Of a stretch of DNA of 64,000 nt, positions 42,145 to 57,708 are shown one piece after another. The position numbers and the translations under genes are program-made. Source of the DNA: an uncultured Pelagibacteraceae bacterium. Lineage in GTDB: Bacteria > Pseudomonadota > Alphaproteobacteria > Pelagibacterales > Pelagibacteraceae. The stretch spans positions 95,018-159,017 of the forward strand of contig CACPNO010000001.1 in assembly GCA_902635335.1 (NCBI GenBank), given 5' to 3'. The notes beneath the pieces were generated by a model. That model saw only the letters and a list, made by a program, of their open reading frames with translations, did not search any database and was not told where the DNA came from. Every line of letters starts with the position of its first letter. Positions within the stretch are counted from its first letter, which is position 1.

Positions 42145-43538
42145 TGGCTGATAAATTTGATGTTACAGTAATTGGTGGTGGTCCTGCAGGATACGTTTGT
42201 GCTATAAGATTAGCTCAATTAGGCTTAAACACTGCATGTATTGAGTCAAGAGGATCTTTAGGAGGAACATGTTTAAATATTGGATGTATACCATCAAAAA
42301 GTTTATTAAATCTATCTGAGAATTTTCATAAAGCAAAAAATTTTGCAAATATTGGTATTGAGACAGGTGAGATTAAATTAAATTTAAAAAAAATGATGGA
42401 AAATAAAGAAAAATCTGTATCAACATTGACAAAAGGCGTGGAATTTTTGTTTAAAAAAAATAAGGTTACTTACATTAAAGGGACCGGAACATTAAAAACT
42501 AAAGATGAAATACTAGTAAAAAATAATAATCAAGAGACAAAAATAAAATCGAATAAAATAATAATTAGTACTGGCTCAGCCCCTTTACCTCTTCCTGGTA
42601 TAGAGTTTGATGAAAAGCAAATACTATCTTCTACAGGCGCATTATCGATTTCTAAGCTACCAAAAAAAATGATTGTTGTAGGTGGTGGCTATATTGGTTT
42701 AGAAATGGGATCAATTTGGTCGCGATTGGGAACTGAGGTTCAAGTTATAGAGTATCTAGATCATATTACTCCCGGATTAGATAAAGAAATTTCTAGCGAG
42801 TTTATGAAAATTTTAAAAAAACAGAATATTAAATTTGATTTAAATACTAAAGTTGAAAAAATTTCTAAAAATAGTGAAGGAGTTACCGTTGAAATTTCAA
42901 ATGAAGGAAAAAAAAGTAAGTTAGAAGCAGATGTGGTTCTTATTTCAGTAGGTCGAAAACCTTATACTGATAATTTAAATCTAGATAAAATTGGTGTTAG
43001 CCTTGATAAAAAAGGTAGAATTAAAGTTGATAAAAATTTTGAGACAAACGTTAAAAATATTTACGCAATAGGCGATGTGATAGATGGTCCTATGCTTGCT
43101 CACAAGGCAGAGGAAGAAGGAATTGCTGTTGCGGAACTTATTGCAGGCCAATCAGGTCATGTAAATTATAATTTGATACCAGGGGTAATATATACATCTC
43201 CAGAAGTTGCTTATGTAGGTGAAAATGAAGAACAGCTTAAAAAAAAAAATATTAGCTATAAAATTGGAAAATTTCCATTCATGGCAAATTCAAGAGCAAA
43301 AGCAATAAATGAGCCTGAGGGATTCGTTAAAATATTAGCCGATAGCTCGACAGACCGCGTTTTAGGCGTGCATATTATTGGTCCACACGCAGGAGAAATG
43401 ATTGCTGAGATGTCTGTGGCAATGGAATTTGGTGCTAGTTCTGAGGATATTGCAAGAACTTGTCATGCTCATCCAACTTTTTCAGAGGCAATAAAAGAGG
43501 CAGCATTATCTGTAGATAAAAGGCAGATTCACTCTTAA
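42144..43538 (+). CDS. lpdA: Dihydrolipoamide dehydrogenase
   Basis: GGTCLNIGCIPSK and HAHPTFSE. Confidence 0.97.
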   Translation: MADKFDVTVIGGGPAGYVCAIRLAQLGLNTACIESRGSLGGTCLNIGCIPSKSLLNLSENFHKAKNFANIGIETGEIKLNLKKMMENKEKSVSTLTKGVEFLFKKNKVTYIKGTGTLKTKDEILVKNNNQETKIKSNKIIISTGSAPLPLPGIEFDEKQILSSTGALSISKLPKKMIVVGGGYIGLEMGSIWSRLGTEVQVIEYLDHITPGLDKEISSEFMKILKKQNIKFDLNTKVEKISKNSEGVTVEISNEGKKSKLEADVVLISVGRKPYTDNLNLDKIGVSLDKKGRIKVDKNFETNVKNIYAIGDVIDGPMLAHKAEEEGIAVAELIAGQSGHVNYNLIPGVIYTSPEVAYVGENEEQLKKKNISYKIGKFPFMANSRAKAINEPEGFVKILADSSTDRVLGVHIIGPHAGEMIAEMSVAMEFGASSEDIARTCHAHPTFSEAIKEAALSVDKRQIHS

Positions 43539-43558
43539 TATATTTCATAACTTAATTT

Positions 43559-45514
43559 ATGAAATATCCAGTTCTTTTACCAAATATTTTTGATTATCCA
43601 TTCACTTATAAGAGTAATTTAAATTTAAAAGTTGGAGAGTATGTAAAGGTTTCGTTTGGTAAATCAAAAATTACAGGAGTCGTTTGGGATAATTTTGAAA
43701 AAAATGGTAATAAAAGTTTCAAAATAAAAGAAATTGATAAAAGGTTAAACATCAAACCTCTGAAAAAAGAGACAATCAAGTTTTTAAATTGGTTTTCTGA
43801 ATATAACATAGTTCCCAAAGGTATGTCTTTAAAATTACATTTGTTAAGCGGTGAAGCTATCGAAAATTTTGATGACGAAGAATATAATTTTTTTTTAAAA
43901 AGAGATAATGTTAAAGAATTTAGACTATCCAAAGATCAAAATAAAATATTAAATGAATTAAAAAATAAAGATAATAAATTTAGGGTTCATTTATTACAAG
44001 GCACAACTGGTTCTGGAAAAACTATTGTATATTTTAAACACATATTAGAAATTTTAGAAAAAAATAAGCAAGCTTTAATACTGTTACCTGAAATTGGATT
44101 AACAGCTGAATTTGAGAGAAAATTCAAAGAATTTTTTGGATTTAATCCGTCTGTTTGGCATTCCGGCATCAGTCTAAAAAGAAAAAAAGTAATTTGGAGT
44201 GGTCTTTCATCTGGAAAAATAAACGTAGTAATTGGAGCTAGATCATCTCTATTTTTACCTTTTAAGAATATAGGTTTAATAATTGTCGATGAAGAACATG
44301 ATCAATCTTTCAAACAAGATGAGGGAGTAATTTATAATGCCAGAGATATGGCCATCTCTAGAGCAAAATTTGAGAATATTCCTATTAATTTAGTTACTGC
44401 TGTTCCGTCAATTGAAACTTATTCAAACGTAAAAAAAAATAAGTATTCAGGCTCTAGGTTATTAAAAAGATATAAAGATGCAAATTTACCCTCTTATGAA
44501 ATAATAGATCTAAATTTAAGTAAACTTAATAAAAATTCTTGGATATCTAATAAAACTATAGAAAAAGTCAAAGAACATTTAATTAAAAAAGATCAAGTAT
44601 TATTTTTTATTAATAGAAGAGGTTTTGCACCTTTTGCATTATGCAAAAATTGTTTAAATGTATATTCTTGTCCACATTGCTCAATTAATCTTGTCTTTCA
44701 CAAAAACAAAAAAAAACTTTTATGTCATTACTGTGGTTTTAAAAGTGATCTTAATAGAGATTGTAAAAAAGGTAATGAATGTGATCTAGTTTTTAGCGGA
44801 AGTGGTGTTGAAAGAGTTGCTGAGGAAGTAAAATTATTATTTCCTGATAAAAATATTTCAATATTTTCAAGTGACACAATGAGTAAAAAATCTTCTATAG
44901 AAAAACTAAAACAAATAATTAGTGGTGAAATTGATATTTTAGTAGGTACTCAGTTAATTTCAAAAGGTTTTCATTTTCCTAAATTGAATTGCATTGTTGT
45001 ATTAGATATTGATTTAACATTAAATGGTCATGATTTAAGAGTGGCAGAAAAAAATTTGCAACTCTATCATCAACTTTCAGGAAGAGCTGGCAGAGCAGGT
45101 AAACCTGCAACGGTATATTTTCAAACTTTTGGAAAAAATCAAAAAATAATTAGTCAAATTACAGATCCTGACCCATTTATATTTTTAGATAATGAACTTA
45201 AATTAAGAGAAAATTATAATTTACCCCCTTTTCAAAGATTTGTATCTTTGATTTTGACATCTCCTAAAGAGTTAAAATTAGAGCAAGAGTCTAATAATCT
45301 TAAGAATTATTTAGTAAATAATCTAGATGATCGAGTTCTTGGACCCGTTAACGCACCTATCTATAAAGTTAGGGGGAGATATAGAAATCGATTACTTATT
45401 AGATCTAATAAAAATAGAAAAATACAAAAAAAATTAAGTCAAATATTGAATAATTATAAATTACCAAAAGAAATAAAACTGACAGTTGATGTTGACCCAA
45501 TATCCTTCAATTAA
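43559..45514 (+). CDS. priA: Primosomal protein N'
   Basis: GTTGSGKT, DEEH, Cys-rich zinc region and SGRAGR. Confidence 0.95.
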   Translation: MKYPVLLPNIFDYPFTYKSNLNLKVGEYVKVSFGKSKITGVVWDNFEKNGNKSFKIKEIDKRLNIKPLKKETIKFLNWFSEYNIVPKGMSLKLHLLSGEAIENFDDEEYNFFLKRDNVKEFRLSKDQNKILNELKNKDNKFRVHLLQGTTGSGKTIVYFKHILEILEKNKQALILLPEIGLTAEFERKFKEFFGFNPSVWHSGISLKRKKVIWSGLSSGKINVVIGARSSLFLPFKNIGLIIVDEEHDQSFKQDEGVIYNARDMAISRAKFENIPINLVTAVPSIETYSNVKKNKYSGSRLLKRYKDANLPSYEIIDLNLSKLNKNSWISNKTIEKVKEHLIKKDQVLFFINRRGFAPFALCKNCLNVYSCPHCSINLVFHKNKKKLLCHYCGFKSDLNRDCKKGNECDLVFSGSGVERVAEEVKLLFPDKNISIFSSDTMSKKSSIEKLKQIISGEIDILVGTQLISKGFHFPKLNCIVVLDIDLTLNGHDLRVAEKNLQLYHQLSGRAGRAGKPATVYFQTFGKNQKIISQITDPDPFIFLDNELKLRENYNLPPFQRFVSLILTSPKELKLEQESNNLKNYLVNNLDDRVLGPVNAPIYKVRGRYRNRLLIRSNKNRKIQKKLSQILNNYKLPKEIKLTVDVDPISFN

Positions 45515-45549
45515 CTTTAAAATTTAATAATATTTGGTCAATCTGATAC

Positions 45550-45578
45550 TTGAAGACAACAGAGTCATGTGCTACTTA
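45550..45578 (+). promoter_or_regulatory. Possible promoter of the F1 ATPase operon
   Basis: TTGAAG-N17-TACTTA with TG extension in the priA-atpH spacer. Confidence 0.35.
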
Positions 45579-45612
45579 CTCGAGAAAATCATAGTAATAA
45601 TAAGAGTTAAAA

Positions 45613-46170
45613 TTGAGTAAAAATAACAGTTTTTCAGTAACCACCGCGAGTAGATACTCGTTAGCACTTTATGAATTATCACATGAGGAGAATTCATTAG
45701 AAGAAGTAGAAAGTCACTCTAACCTCTTTTTAAAATTAATTCAGGAGAGTAAGGATTTTAATTCTTTAATAAAAGACCCGACAAACTCAATTAAGGATTT
45801 AAATAATGTTTTATCAAAAATTGCAGAGACGTATAATTTGAATAAATTACTTATTAAATTTCTGAGTTTTTTGATTTCAAAAAGAAGATTTTTTTATGTT
45901 AAAATAATTCTTCAAGATTTTGTTAACACTTGTTCAAAAAAAAGAGGGGAAGTAAAAGCTGAACTTATTTCTTCTAAAGAATTATCAGGAGATCAAGTAA
46001 ACAGAATAAAAGATGAATTATCTCAAAATTTTAACGCAAAAATAAAATTAGACTATAAATATGATAAAGGTTTAATTGGAGGTTTAATAATACAAGTTGG
46101 AAGTATTATGGTAGACACCTCTATTAAAAATAAATTGCAACAAATCCAAAATACAATGATAGAGGCATAA
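45613..46170 (+). CDS. atpH: ATP synthase delta
   Basis: RYSLAL and LIGGLIIQVGS..VDTSI. TTG start. Confidence 0.93.
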   Translation: MSKNNSFSVTTASRYSLALYELSHEENSLEEVESHSNLFLKLIQESKDFNSLIKDPTNSIKDLNNVLSKIAETYNLNKLLIKFLSFLISKRRFFYVKIILQDFVNTCSKKRGEVKAELISSKELSGDQVNRIKDELSQNFNAKIKLDYKYDKGLIGGLIIQVGSIMVDTSIKNKLQQIQNTMIEA

Positions 46171-47706
46171 ATGGAAATAAATCCTTCAGAAGTTACAAAA
46201 ATATTAAAAGAACAAATTAAAAAGTTTGGAGACAAAGCTGAGGTTACCGAAGTTGGTCAAGTTCTATCTGTAGGAGATGGTATAGCAAGAATTTATGGAT
46301 TAGATAATGTTCAAGCTGGAGAAATGGTTGAATTTTCTGATGGCTCAAAAGGAATGGCATTAAACTTAGAGAGTGAAAATGTAGGTGTTGTAATTTTTGG
46401 TGATGATAAAGCAGTCAAAGAAGGTGATACTGTAAAAAGAACTGGTGCGATTGTAGATACACCAGTTGGAAAAGAATTACTTGGTAGAGTAGTTGATGGT
46501 TTAGGAAACCCAATTGATGGAAAAGGTGCATTAGATAAAAGTTTAAAAAGAAGCAGGGTTGAGGTTAAAGCTCCTGGAATAATTCCCCGTAAATCAGTTA
46601 GTGAACCAATGCAGACAGGTCTTAAATCAATTGATAGCCTAGTTCCAATTGGAAGAGGACAAAGAGAATTAATTATTGGTGACAGACAAACTGGTAAAAC
46701 AGCAGTTGCGATTGATGCTATAATTAACCAGAAAAAAATTAATGAGTCTGGAGACGAAAAGAAAAAATTATATTGTATTTACGTAGCCGTAGGACAAAAA
46801 AGATCTACAGTTAGACAAATTGAAAAAACATTAGAAGAAGCTGGTGCAATGGAATATACAACAATTGTTGCAGCAACGGCATCAGATGCAGCACCTCTAC
46901 AATTTTTAGCCCCATACACTGGATGTACTATGGGTGAATATTTTAGAGATAATGGAATGCATGCTTTAATAATATATGACGATTTGTCAAAACAAGCTGT
47001 TGCTTACAGACAAATGTCTCTATTGTTAAGAAGACCTCCTGGAAGAGAGGCGTATCCTGGTGATGTCTTTTATTTACACAGTAGATTACTAGAAAGAGCA
47101 GCAAAATTAGGTGATGAACATGGTGGAGGCTCTTTAACAGCTCTTCCAATCATTGAAACTCAAGGAGGTGACGTATCTGCATTTATACCAACAAATGTGA
47201 TCTCAATTACTGATGGACAAATTTTCCTTGAAACTGAACTTTTTAACCAAGGTATAAGACCAGCAATTAACGTTGGTTTATCTGTATCAAGGGTAGGATC
47301 TTCTGCCCAGACAAAGGCTATGAAAAAAGTATCAGGGTCGATGAAGTTAGAATTGGCCCAATATAGAGAAATGGCTGCATTTGCACAGTTTGGTTCAGAC
47401 CTTGATGCATCTACTCAAAAATTACTTAACAGAGGTTCAAAATTAACTGAACTATTAAAACAAAATCAATATTCACCCATGACAGTTGCAGAACAAGTTA
47501 TTTCTGTATTTTGTGGAGTTAGAGGACATCTTGATGATATTGAACAAAAGGATATTTCAAGTTTTGAGAGTAAAATTATTGAAAAATGTAAAGCTGAAAA
47601 GCCAGATATCATTGAGTCAATCACAGCTTCAGGAAAACTTGAAGATGATAAAGAGAAAGAATTGAATGAAATTATTTTACAACTTAAGAAAGATTTTAAC
47701 TCATAA
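46171..47706 (+). CDS. atpA: ATP synthase alpha
   Basis: GDRQTGKT and [20 protein letters not shown]. Confidence 0.99.
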   Translation: MEINPSEVTKILKEQIKKFGDKAEVTEVGQVLSVGDGIARIYGLDNVQAGEMVEFSDGSKGMALNLESENVGVVIFGDDKAVKEGDTVKRTGAIVDTPVGKELLGRVVDGLGNPIDGKGALDKSLKRSRVEVKAPGIIPRKSVSEPMQTGLKSIDSLVPIGRGQRELIIGDRQTGKTAVAIDAIINQKKINESGDEKKKLYCIYVAVGQKRSTVRQIEKTLEEAGAMEYTTIVAATASDAAPLQFLAPYTGCTMGEYFRDNGMHALIIYDDLSKQAVAYRQMSLLLRRPPGREAYPGDVFYLHSRLLERAAKLGDEHGGGSLTALPIIETQGGDVSAFIPTNVISITDGQIFLETELFNQGIRPAINVGLSVSRVGSSAQTKAMKKVSGSMKLELAQYREMAAFAQFGSDLDASTQKLLNRGSKLTELLKQNQYSPMTVAEQVISVFCGVRGHLDDIEQKDISSFESKIIEKCKAEKPDIIESITASGKLEDDKEKELNEIILQLKKDFNS

Positions 47707-47712
47707 AAAATA

Positions 47713-50008
<2,296 letters not shown>

Positions 50009-50009
<1 letters not shown>

Positions 50010-50401
50010 TGAGCGAAGAATATTCTGTAGAAATAGTAAATCCTGAAAAATCATTTTTATCAAAAAATGATGTCACAGAAGTAGTCGTTCCTGCATTTGA
50101 AGGTGAGATAGGTATTTTAAAAGACCATATTTCTATAATTTCTTTTTTAAAACCAGGAATAATTAAAATATTTTCAAAGTCTGGTGAGGAAAGTTTTTAT
50201 GTAAATGATGGAATAATTGAATTTAAAGATAATAATCTTTCTATTCTTACAAGTCTTATTTTAAATTTAAAAGATATTGATAAAGAAAAAATTTCAGAAA
50301 TCCAAAAATCTGCTGAAGAAGAGTTCAAAAGGTCTGATATAAATGATCAGGAAAAATATTTGCTAGATCAAAAGCTAGAAGTATTAAAATCAATTAACTA
50401 A
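50009..50401 (+). CDS. atpC: ATP synthase epsilon
   Basis: IVNPE and GEIGILKDH. Last gene of the F1 operon. Confidence 0.92.
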
Positions 50402-50869
50402 AATTTTTTTAACCTCTTTTTGAATCTTCTCGTATACATGTACTTTAAATTCTACCACAAGTTCAGTAATTTTATCTAAATCTACCCACTTCCATTCAAG
50501 AAATTCCGGATTTTTTGTTTTAATATTAATTTCTTTTTCATCACCATTAAATCTCATTACATACCATTGTTGTTTTTGACCTTTAAATTTACCTTTCCAA
50601 ATAATTCCTAATAATTCATTTGGTAAATGGTACGTAAGCAAGCCATCAATTTTTTTAATTAAACTTACTGATTTAATGCTAGTTTCTTCTTCTAATTCTC
50701 TTATTGCAGCTTCATAAAAGTCTTCACCTTTGTCAACTCCACCCTGTGGCATTTGCCAAAAGTTTTTTTTATTATCTATTCTTTTTGCGACAAAAATTTT
50801 GTTTTCTTTATTTAAAACAACTATCCCAACACCACTTCTAAGTGGTAAATTTTTATATTTCTCTTTCAT
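50390..50869 (-). CDS. rppH: RNA pyrophosphohydrolase (Nudix)
   Basis: WQMPQGG..GE....AAIRELEEET and GQKQQW. Confidence 0.93.
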   Translation of the reverse strand: MKEKYKNLPLRSGVGIVVLNKENKIFVAKRIDNKKNFWQMPQGGVDKGEDFYEAAIRELEEETSIKSVSLIKKIDGLLTYHLPNELLGIIWKGKFKGQKQQWYVMRFNGDEKEINIKTKNPEFLEWKWVDLDKITELVVEFKVHVYEKIQKEVKKILVN

Positions 50870-50870
50870 T

Positions 50871-52013
50871 TTAGCCGTTTAAAAGCTCTAAAGCGAATTG
50901 AAGTTGATTGTCAGTATCAGTATTAAACCTAAAGTCATCAGATCCTTCAGCTATTTCAATATCAGGCGAAACACCTATTTCTGAAATAGATTTTCCAGAT
51001 GGAAGATAATATTTTGATACAGTTAATCTTATTGCACCTTTATTTTTGAGTGGAATAATTGATTGCACAGAGCCTTTACCATAGCTATTTTCTCCTATTA
51101 TTATTGCCCTTTTGTGATCCTTTAGTGCACCTGCTACAATTTCCGAGGCAGATGCAGAACCGTAATTTATTAAAACAACAATTGTGTTCCCATCCAATAT
51201 ATCACCTTTTTTTGCAAAGAATTTTCTACTTTCATATTTTCTTTTACTTTTTGTTGAAACAATTTCTCCACTATCTATAAAAAAATCTGTGATTTTAATT
51301 GCTTGAGAAAGCAGCCCACCAGGATTATTTCTTAAATCTAAAATATAATTTTTAACATTTTTTTTTTTTTTAAATTCTTTAATTTTATCTCTGATTTGAC
51401 CACTACTATTTTCATTAAATGAGGTAAGTCTTAAATAACCAGTTTGATCATCTAATATCTCAGATTTTACAGATGAAACTTTAATTTTTTCTCTTGTAAT
51501 ATTAAAAATTAACGCCTTTCGTTCACCTCTTCTTCTGACTGTTATTTCAATATCTGATCCGACAGGACCTCTCATTATGTCAACAGCTTCACTTAAAGAT
51601 TTACCTTGAACCTGAATATCATTAATTCTTACTATGTAATCACCAGCTTTAACTCCTGCTTTAGCAGCAGGTGAATCGTCCATAGGAGTTATTACTTTTA
51701 TAACTCCAGCTTCCATACTCACTTCAATTCCAAGACCTCCAAATTCACCACTCGTTTCTGTTTGCATACTTTGATAAGATTCTGGTGACATATAAGCAGA
51801 ATAAGGATCTAAAGATTGAAGAACACCGTTGATTGCAGCATCCATAGCATCACTTTGGTTTACCTCATCAACAAATTCTTTATTAATTTTATCCAAGACC
51901 TCTGAAAAAACATCTATTTTTTTGTATATATCATTATCTTCTGACGAACTAACAATGCTAGTTGTTAAAAGAAAAATGAGTAATGATAAAGTATAGGTTT
52001 TAAAACTTTTCAT
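50871..52013 (-). CDS. ctpA: S41 C-terminal processing protease
   Basis: LDPYS, GGLGI PDZ, DLRNNPGG, SASASE and GKGSVQ. Confidence 0.94.
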   Translation of the reverse strand: MKSFKTYTLSLLIFLLTTSIVSSSEDNDIYKKIDVFSEVLDKINKEFVDEVNQSDAMDAAINGVLQSLDPYSAYMSPESYQSMQTETSGEFGGLGIEVSMEAGVIKVITPMDDSPAAKAGVKAGDYIVRINDIQVQGKSLSEAVDIMRGPVGSDIEITVRRRGERKALIFNITREKIKVSSVKSEILDDQTGYLRLTSFNENSSGQIRDKIKEFKKKKNVKNYILDLRNNPGGLLSQAIKITDFFIDSGEIVSTKSKRKYESRKFFAKKGDILDGNTIVVLINYGSASASEIVAGALKDHKRAIIIGENSYGKGSVQSIIPLKNKGAIRLTVSKYYLPSGKSISEIGVSPDIEIAEGSDDFRFNTDTDNQLQFALELLNG

Positions 52014-52363
52014 TATATAATTACTTTTTCTTTAGGTATCAATTCTGACCATATTTTTTCTAATTCATAAAATTTTCTTTTTTCGGGATTGAAAATATGA
52101 ATAATAAGGTCTATTCCATCGACAAGTTTCCAATCACTACTTTCTCTTCCTTCAATCTTACAATTGTTTACACCATTTTTTTTTAAGTATTCATATACTT
52201 GTTCTGATAAAGCCTGGATATGTCTAGAGGATGTTCCACTAGCAATTATCATTTGATCTGCTATTGATGATTTTCCATCTAAATCTATTGAAACAATATC
52301 TAAGGCTTTATTTGCATCTAAAAGATTGACTACATCTTTGTGAAGAGAAGAGATTTTGTCCAT
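52013..52363 (-). CDS. rsfS: Ribosome silencing factor (Iojap)
   Basis: IIASGTSSRH, WKLVD and FYELEKIW. Likely start ATG 52363. Confidence 0.92.
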   Translation of the reverse strand: MDKISSLHKDVVNLLDANKALDIVSIDLDGKSSIADQMIIASGTSSRHIQALSEQVYEYLKKNGVNNCKIEGRESSDWKLVDGIDLIIHIFNPEKRKFYELEKIWSELIPKEKVII

Positions 52364-52380
52364 TAATAATGAAAAGAGTA

Positions 52381-52917
52381 TCAAATTTTTCTTAATTTAG
52401 AAGATGAAATATTGACCTTATTAAATTTTATAAATTTTAAGCTTTTTTTACTGTATTTTTTAAAGCTTTTAGAACTTAATGATTTAGACTTATATCTGTC
52501 TCTATCAAATACAAGAATATTACAAATTGATGAAATTAAATCAGAATTTTTCCATTTATGAAAATTAATCAAACTATCCGCTCCCATTATGAAATAAATG
52601 TCAGTATTTTTATTATTTTTTTTTATATATTTTATCAGATCAACTGTTCTATTAGATTTAATTTTATCCTCAAAATATTTTACTTTTATAAATGGATATA
52701 ATTGAGTAAATTTTTTTGCAAAATTTATTCTTTTATTTAAACTTAAACTACTTTCATCTTTAAATGGATTTTTTTTGGTAACTGCCCAAATAATCCTGTC
52801 AATACCAATTCTTTTTTTAGCCTCTTTAGAGATACTTAAATGACCTTTATGCGCTGGATCAAAGGTTCCTCCAAGAATACCAATTTTTTTTTTATTTTCT
52901 CGTTTGTCCAGATCCAT
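52381..52917 (-). CDS. nadD: Nicotinate-nucleotide adenylyltransferase
   Basis: GGTFDPAHKGH, IMGAD and ISSS. Start position approximate. Confidence 0.92.
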   Translation of the reverse strand: MDLDKRENKKKIGILGGTFDPAHKGHLSISKEAKKRIGIDRIIWAVTKKNPFKDESSLSLNKRINFAKKFTQLYPFIKVKYFEDKIKSNRTVDLIKYIKKNNKNTDIYFIMGADSLINFHKWKNSDLISSICNILVFDRDRYKSKSLSSKSFKKYSKKSLKFIKFNKVNISSSKLRKI

Positions 52918-54135
52918 ATATCTCATACTTATAACTGACAAGCTGGTTTAGACCAACCGGACCTCTTGGTGGAAGTTTATTTGTTGAAATTCCAACTTCC
53001 CCTCCAAAACCAAATTCTCCTCCATCAGCATACTGTGTTGAAGAATTGTGAATAGCAATCGAACTTTTAATATTTTTTATAAAAAATTTTGCAGAAATTT
53101 TATTATTTGTAATTATCGCATCAGTATGCATTGTTCCATATTTATTAATATGATTTACTGCTTCATTTATATTATTTACTAGTTTTACAGAAATTTTTGC
53201 AGATAAATGTTCCTTCGACCATGTTTTATTGTTTGCTAATCTTGAATTTCCGTTAAACAATTTAGAAATTTCTCTATCAGCATAAATAGAACAACCTCTC
53301 GTAGTGAGTTCATTTAATATCTCATTTACATTTTTAGATTTATTTTTATGTATTAAAAGTGTCTCGGTAGCTCCACAAATACTAGTATTACGCAATTTGG
53401 CATTGATTAATATTTTTTTTGCCATTGAAAGATTTGCATCTTTATCAATATAAGTATGACATATACCTTCAAGGTGTCCAATGACAGGAACAGAGGACAA
53501 ATCTTGAACTTTTTTTACAAGATTTTTTCCACCTCTTGGAATAATAACATCTATATATTCTGACATTTTTGACAGCATATAGTCGACAAGCTTCCTATTT
53601 TTATTCTCTACAAACTGAACAAAATTCTTATTTATTTTATTTTTTTCTAAAGATTTTCTAAAAAGATCAGCTAAAATTTTATTACTAAAGTAAGCCTCTG
53701 ACCCTCCTCTTAATATTACGCAGTTTCCAGATTTAAAACAAAGTGTGGATACATCAGAAGTAACATTTGGTCTACTTTCATAAATTACACCAATAATACC
53801 AATTGGAATTGATACTTTCTTAAGTTTTAAGCCGTTTGGTCTTTTCCAGGTTTCTATATCAACATCTACTGGATCCTTAAATTTTGCAATAGTTTCAATT
53901 GATTTTATAATTGAGCTTATTTTGTCATTATTAAGAGCAAGTCTTTTAATTAAATTTTCTTTAAGTTTTTTAGATTTGGCTATTTTTATATCTTTTGTAT
54001 TTTCGACTAAAATTTTTTTTTGGTTTTTTTTAATAAGTTTAATGTAATAATTTAATACTTTATTTTTTTTTTTATTACTTATTTTTTTTTGAAAAGCAAT
54101 TTTCGCATTTGTACCAATTTTTTCTAAGTTTTTAC

Positions 54136-54139
<4 letters not shown>
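52892..54139 (-). CDS. proA: Gamma-glutamyl phosphate reductase
   Basis: IYESRPNVT, IPRGG, CGATET and GISTNKL..RGPVGL. Confidence 0.96.
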
Positions 54140-56230
<2,091 letters not shown>

Positions 56231-56245
56231 TTAATTAGCTGTCTA

Positions 56246-56500
56246 CTAATTAGGCTTTACTGATACGTAAGTTCTGTCTGATTTACTTTTTTTAAAAACA
56301 ACTTTTCCTTTAACAACAGAAAAAATTGAGTGGTCTTTACCCATTCCAACATTTTCCCCAGGAAAAATTTTAGTGCCGCGTTGTCTTACAATAATATTTC
56401 CAGGTATTACTAATTCACCACCATATTTTTTCACGCCTAGTCTTCGGCCTGCACTATCTCTTCCGTTTCTCGATGATCCACCTGCTTTTTTTGTTGCCAT
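56246..56500 (-). CDS. rpmA: 50S ribosomal protein L27
   Basis: [16 protein letters not shown] and IIVRQRGT. Confidence 0.98.
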   Translation of the reverse strand: MATKKAGGSSRNGRDSAGRRLGVKKYGGELVIPGNIIVRQRGTKIFPGENVGMGKDHSIFSVVKGKVVFKKSKSDRTYVSVKPN

Positions 56501-56511
56501 AAATTACCTAT

Positions 56512-56922
56512 TTATTTTGAAGCCTCAGTTTTTTCTTTTTTAGCTTCTTTAACTACAACTTCGCTTTTTTTCATCTTTTCAGCCTCTGATAAAACTTTAC
56601 CATCTTTTGAAAAAATTTTGTTAATTCTAATTAGTGAATACTGTTGTCTGTGCCCGTTTTTACGTCTCGAATTTTTTCTTCTCCTTTTTTTAAAAATTAG
56701 AACAGTTCTTTCTTTGCCATTTTTTAATAGTTCAGCTTCAACTTTCGCACCATCTACTGTAGGTGCACCTAATTCAATGCTCTTATCATCTCCATAAGCT
56801 AAAATTTCTTTAAATTCCACTTTAGTGGCTGGATTTGACTCAGCTAATTTTTCTATTTTAATTATTTCGCCAGCTGAGACTTTGTACTGTTTTCCACCTG
56901 TTTCTATAACTGCGTATGACAT
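56512..56922 (-). CDS. rplU: 50S ribosomal protein L21 with short charged C-terminal tail
   Basis: YAVIETGGKQYKV and GHRQ. Confidence 0.97.
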   Translation of the reverse strand: MSYAVIETGGKQYKVSAGEIIKIEKLAESNPATKVEFKEILAYGDDKSIELGAPTVDGAKVEAELLKNGKERTVLIFKKRRRKNSRRKNGHRQQYSLIRINKIFSKDGKVLSEAEKMKKSEVVVKEAKKEKTEASK

Positions 56923-56949
56923 TAAAGATCCTAATTTTTAGTTATCAGC

Positions 56950-56977
56950 AATATAGTCAGGGCCCTATTTTAGTCAA
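56950..56977 (-). promoter_or_regulatory. sigma70 promoter of the rplU-rpmA-obgE operon
   Basis: Minus strand TTGACT-N16-TATATT. Confidence 0.65.
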
Positions 56978-56987
56978 GCTGAATAAG

Positions 56988-57707
56988 CTAGAAATTATCC
57001 TTTAAATCTCTCAATTTTGAAAAGTTTTCAACATTTTTTGATCTTAAAAAAATATTAGTTTGAAGCTCCTCTTTAAGTGTCGATGGAATAGTTGGCTGAC
57101 CTTTGGCCAGACGATTTTTTATAAACTCAATTTTGGAAATTAAAGCTTTATTTTCTGGATCGTGTTTTAGGCAAAAATCTGAATTTTTTAATGTATATTC
57201 ATGTCCACAATAAATTTCTGTCTCAATTGGTAAACTCTTTAACAACTGCAAAGAATTAAACATCTGTTCATGAGTGCCCTCAAACACTCTTCCACAACCT
57301 AATGAAAATAATGTATCTCCAGAAAATAATGCATTTTCATTAAAAAAATAGAAACATATATGGCCTAAAGTATGACCTGGAATATGAAAAACTTTTGCTT
57401 CAAATATACCGTCTTTCCAAGTTTCATCATTTTTTAAAGATATATCTATTTCAGGTATTCTATGCTTATCTTCATTAAAACCTATAACCTTAGCATTATA
57501 TAATTTCTTGAGCTCTTTATTGCCTCCAACGTGATCATAATGATGGTGAGTGTTCATTATGAATTTTAATTTTAGATTAAGACTTTCAATTTTATTTATA
57601 ATAGGCTCTGCTTCACTAGGATCTATTACAATGCTAGACTTTGTTAACTCATCAATTAATAAATACGAAAAATTATCTTCTAAACATTTTATAATTTCTA
57701 TTTTCAT
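56988..57707 (-). CDS. gloB: Hydroxyacylglutathione hydrolase (glyoxalase II)
   Basis: THHHYDH, PGHTLGH, GDTLFSLGCG and CGHEY. Confidence 0.95.
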   Translation of the reverse strand: MKIEIIKCLEDNFSYLLIDELTKSSIVIDPSEAEPIINKIESLNLKLKFIMNTHHHYDHVGGNKELKKLYNAKVIGFNEDKHRIPEIDISLKNDETWKDGIFEAKVFHIPGHTLGHICFYFFNENALFSGDTLFSLGCGRVFEGTHEQMFNSLQLLKSLPIETEIYCGHEYTLKNSDFCLKHDPENKALISKIEFIKNRLAKGQPTIPSTLKEELQTNIFLRSKNVENFSKLRDLKDNF

Positions 57708-57708
57708 T

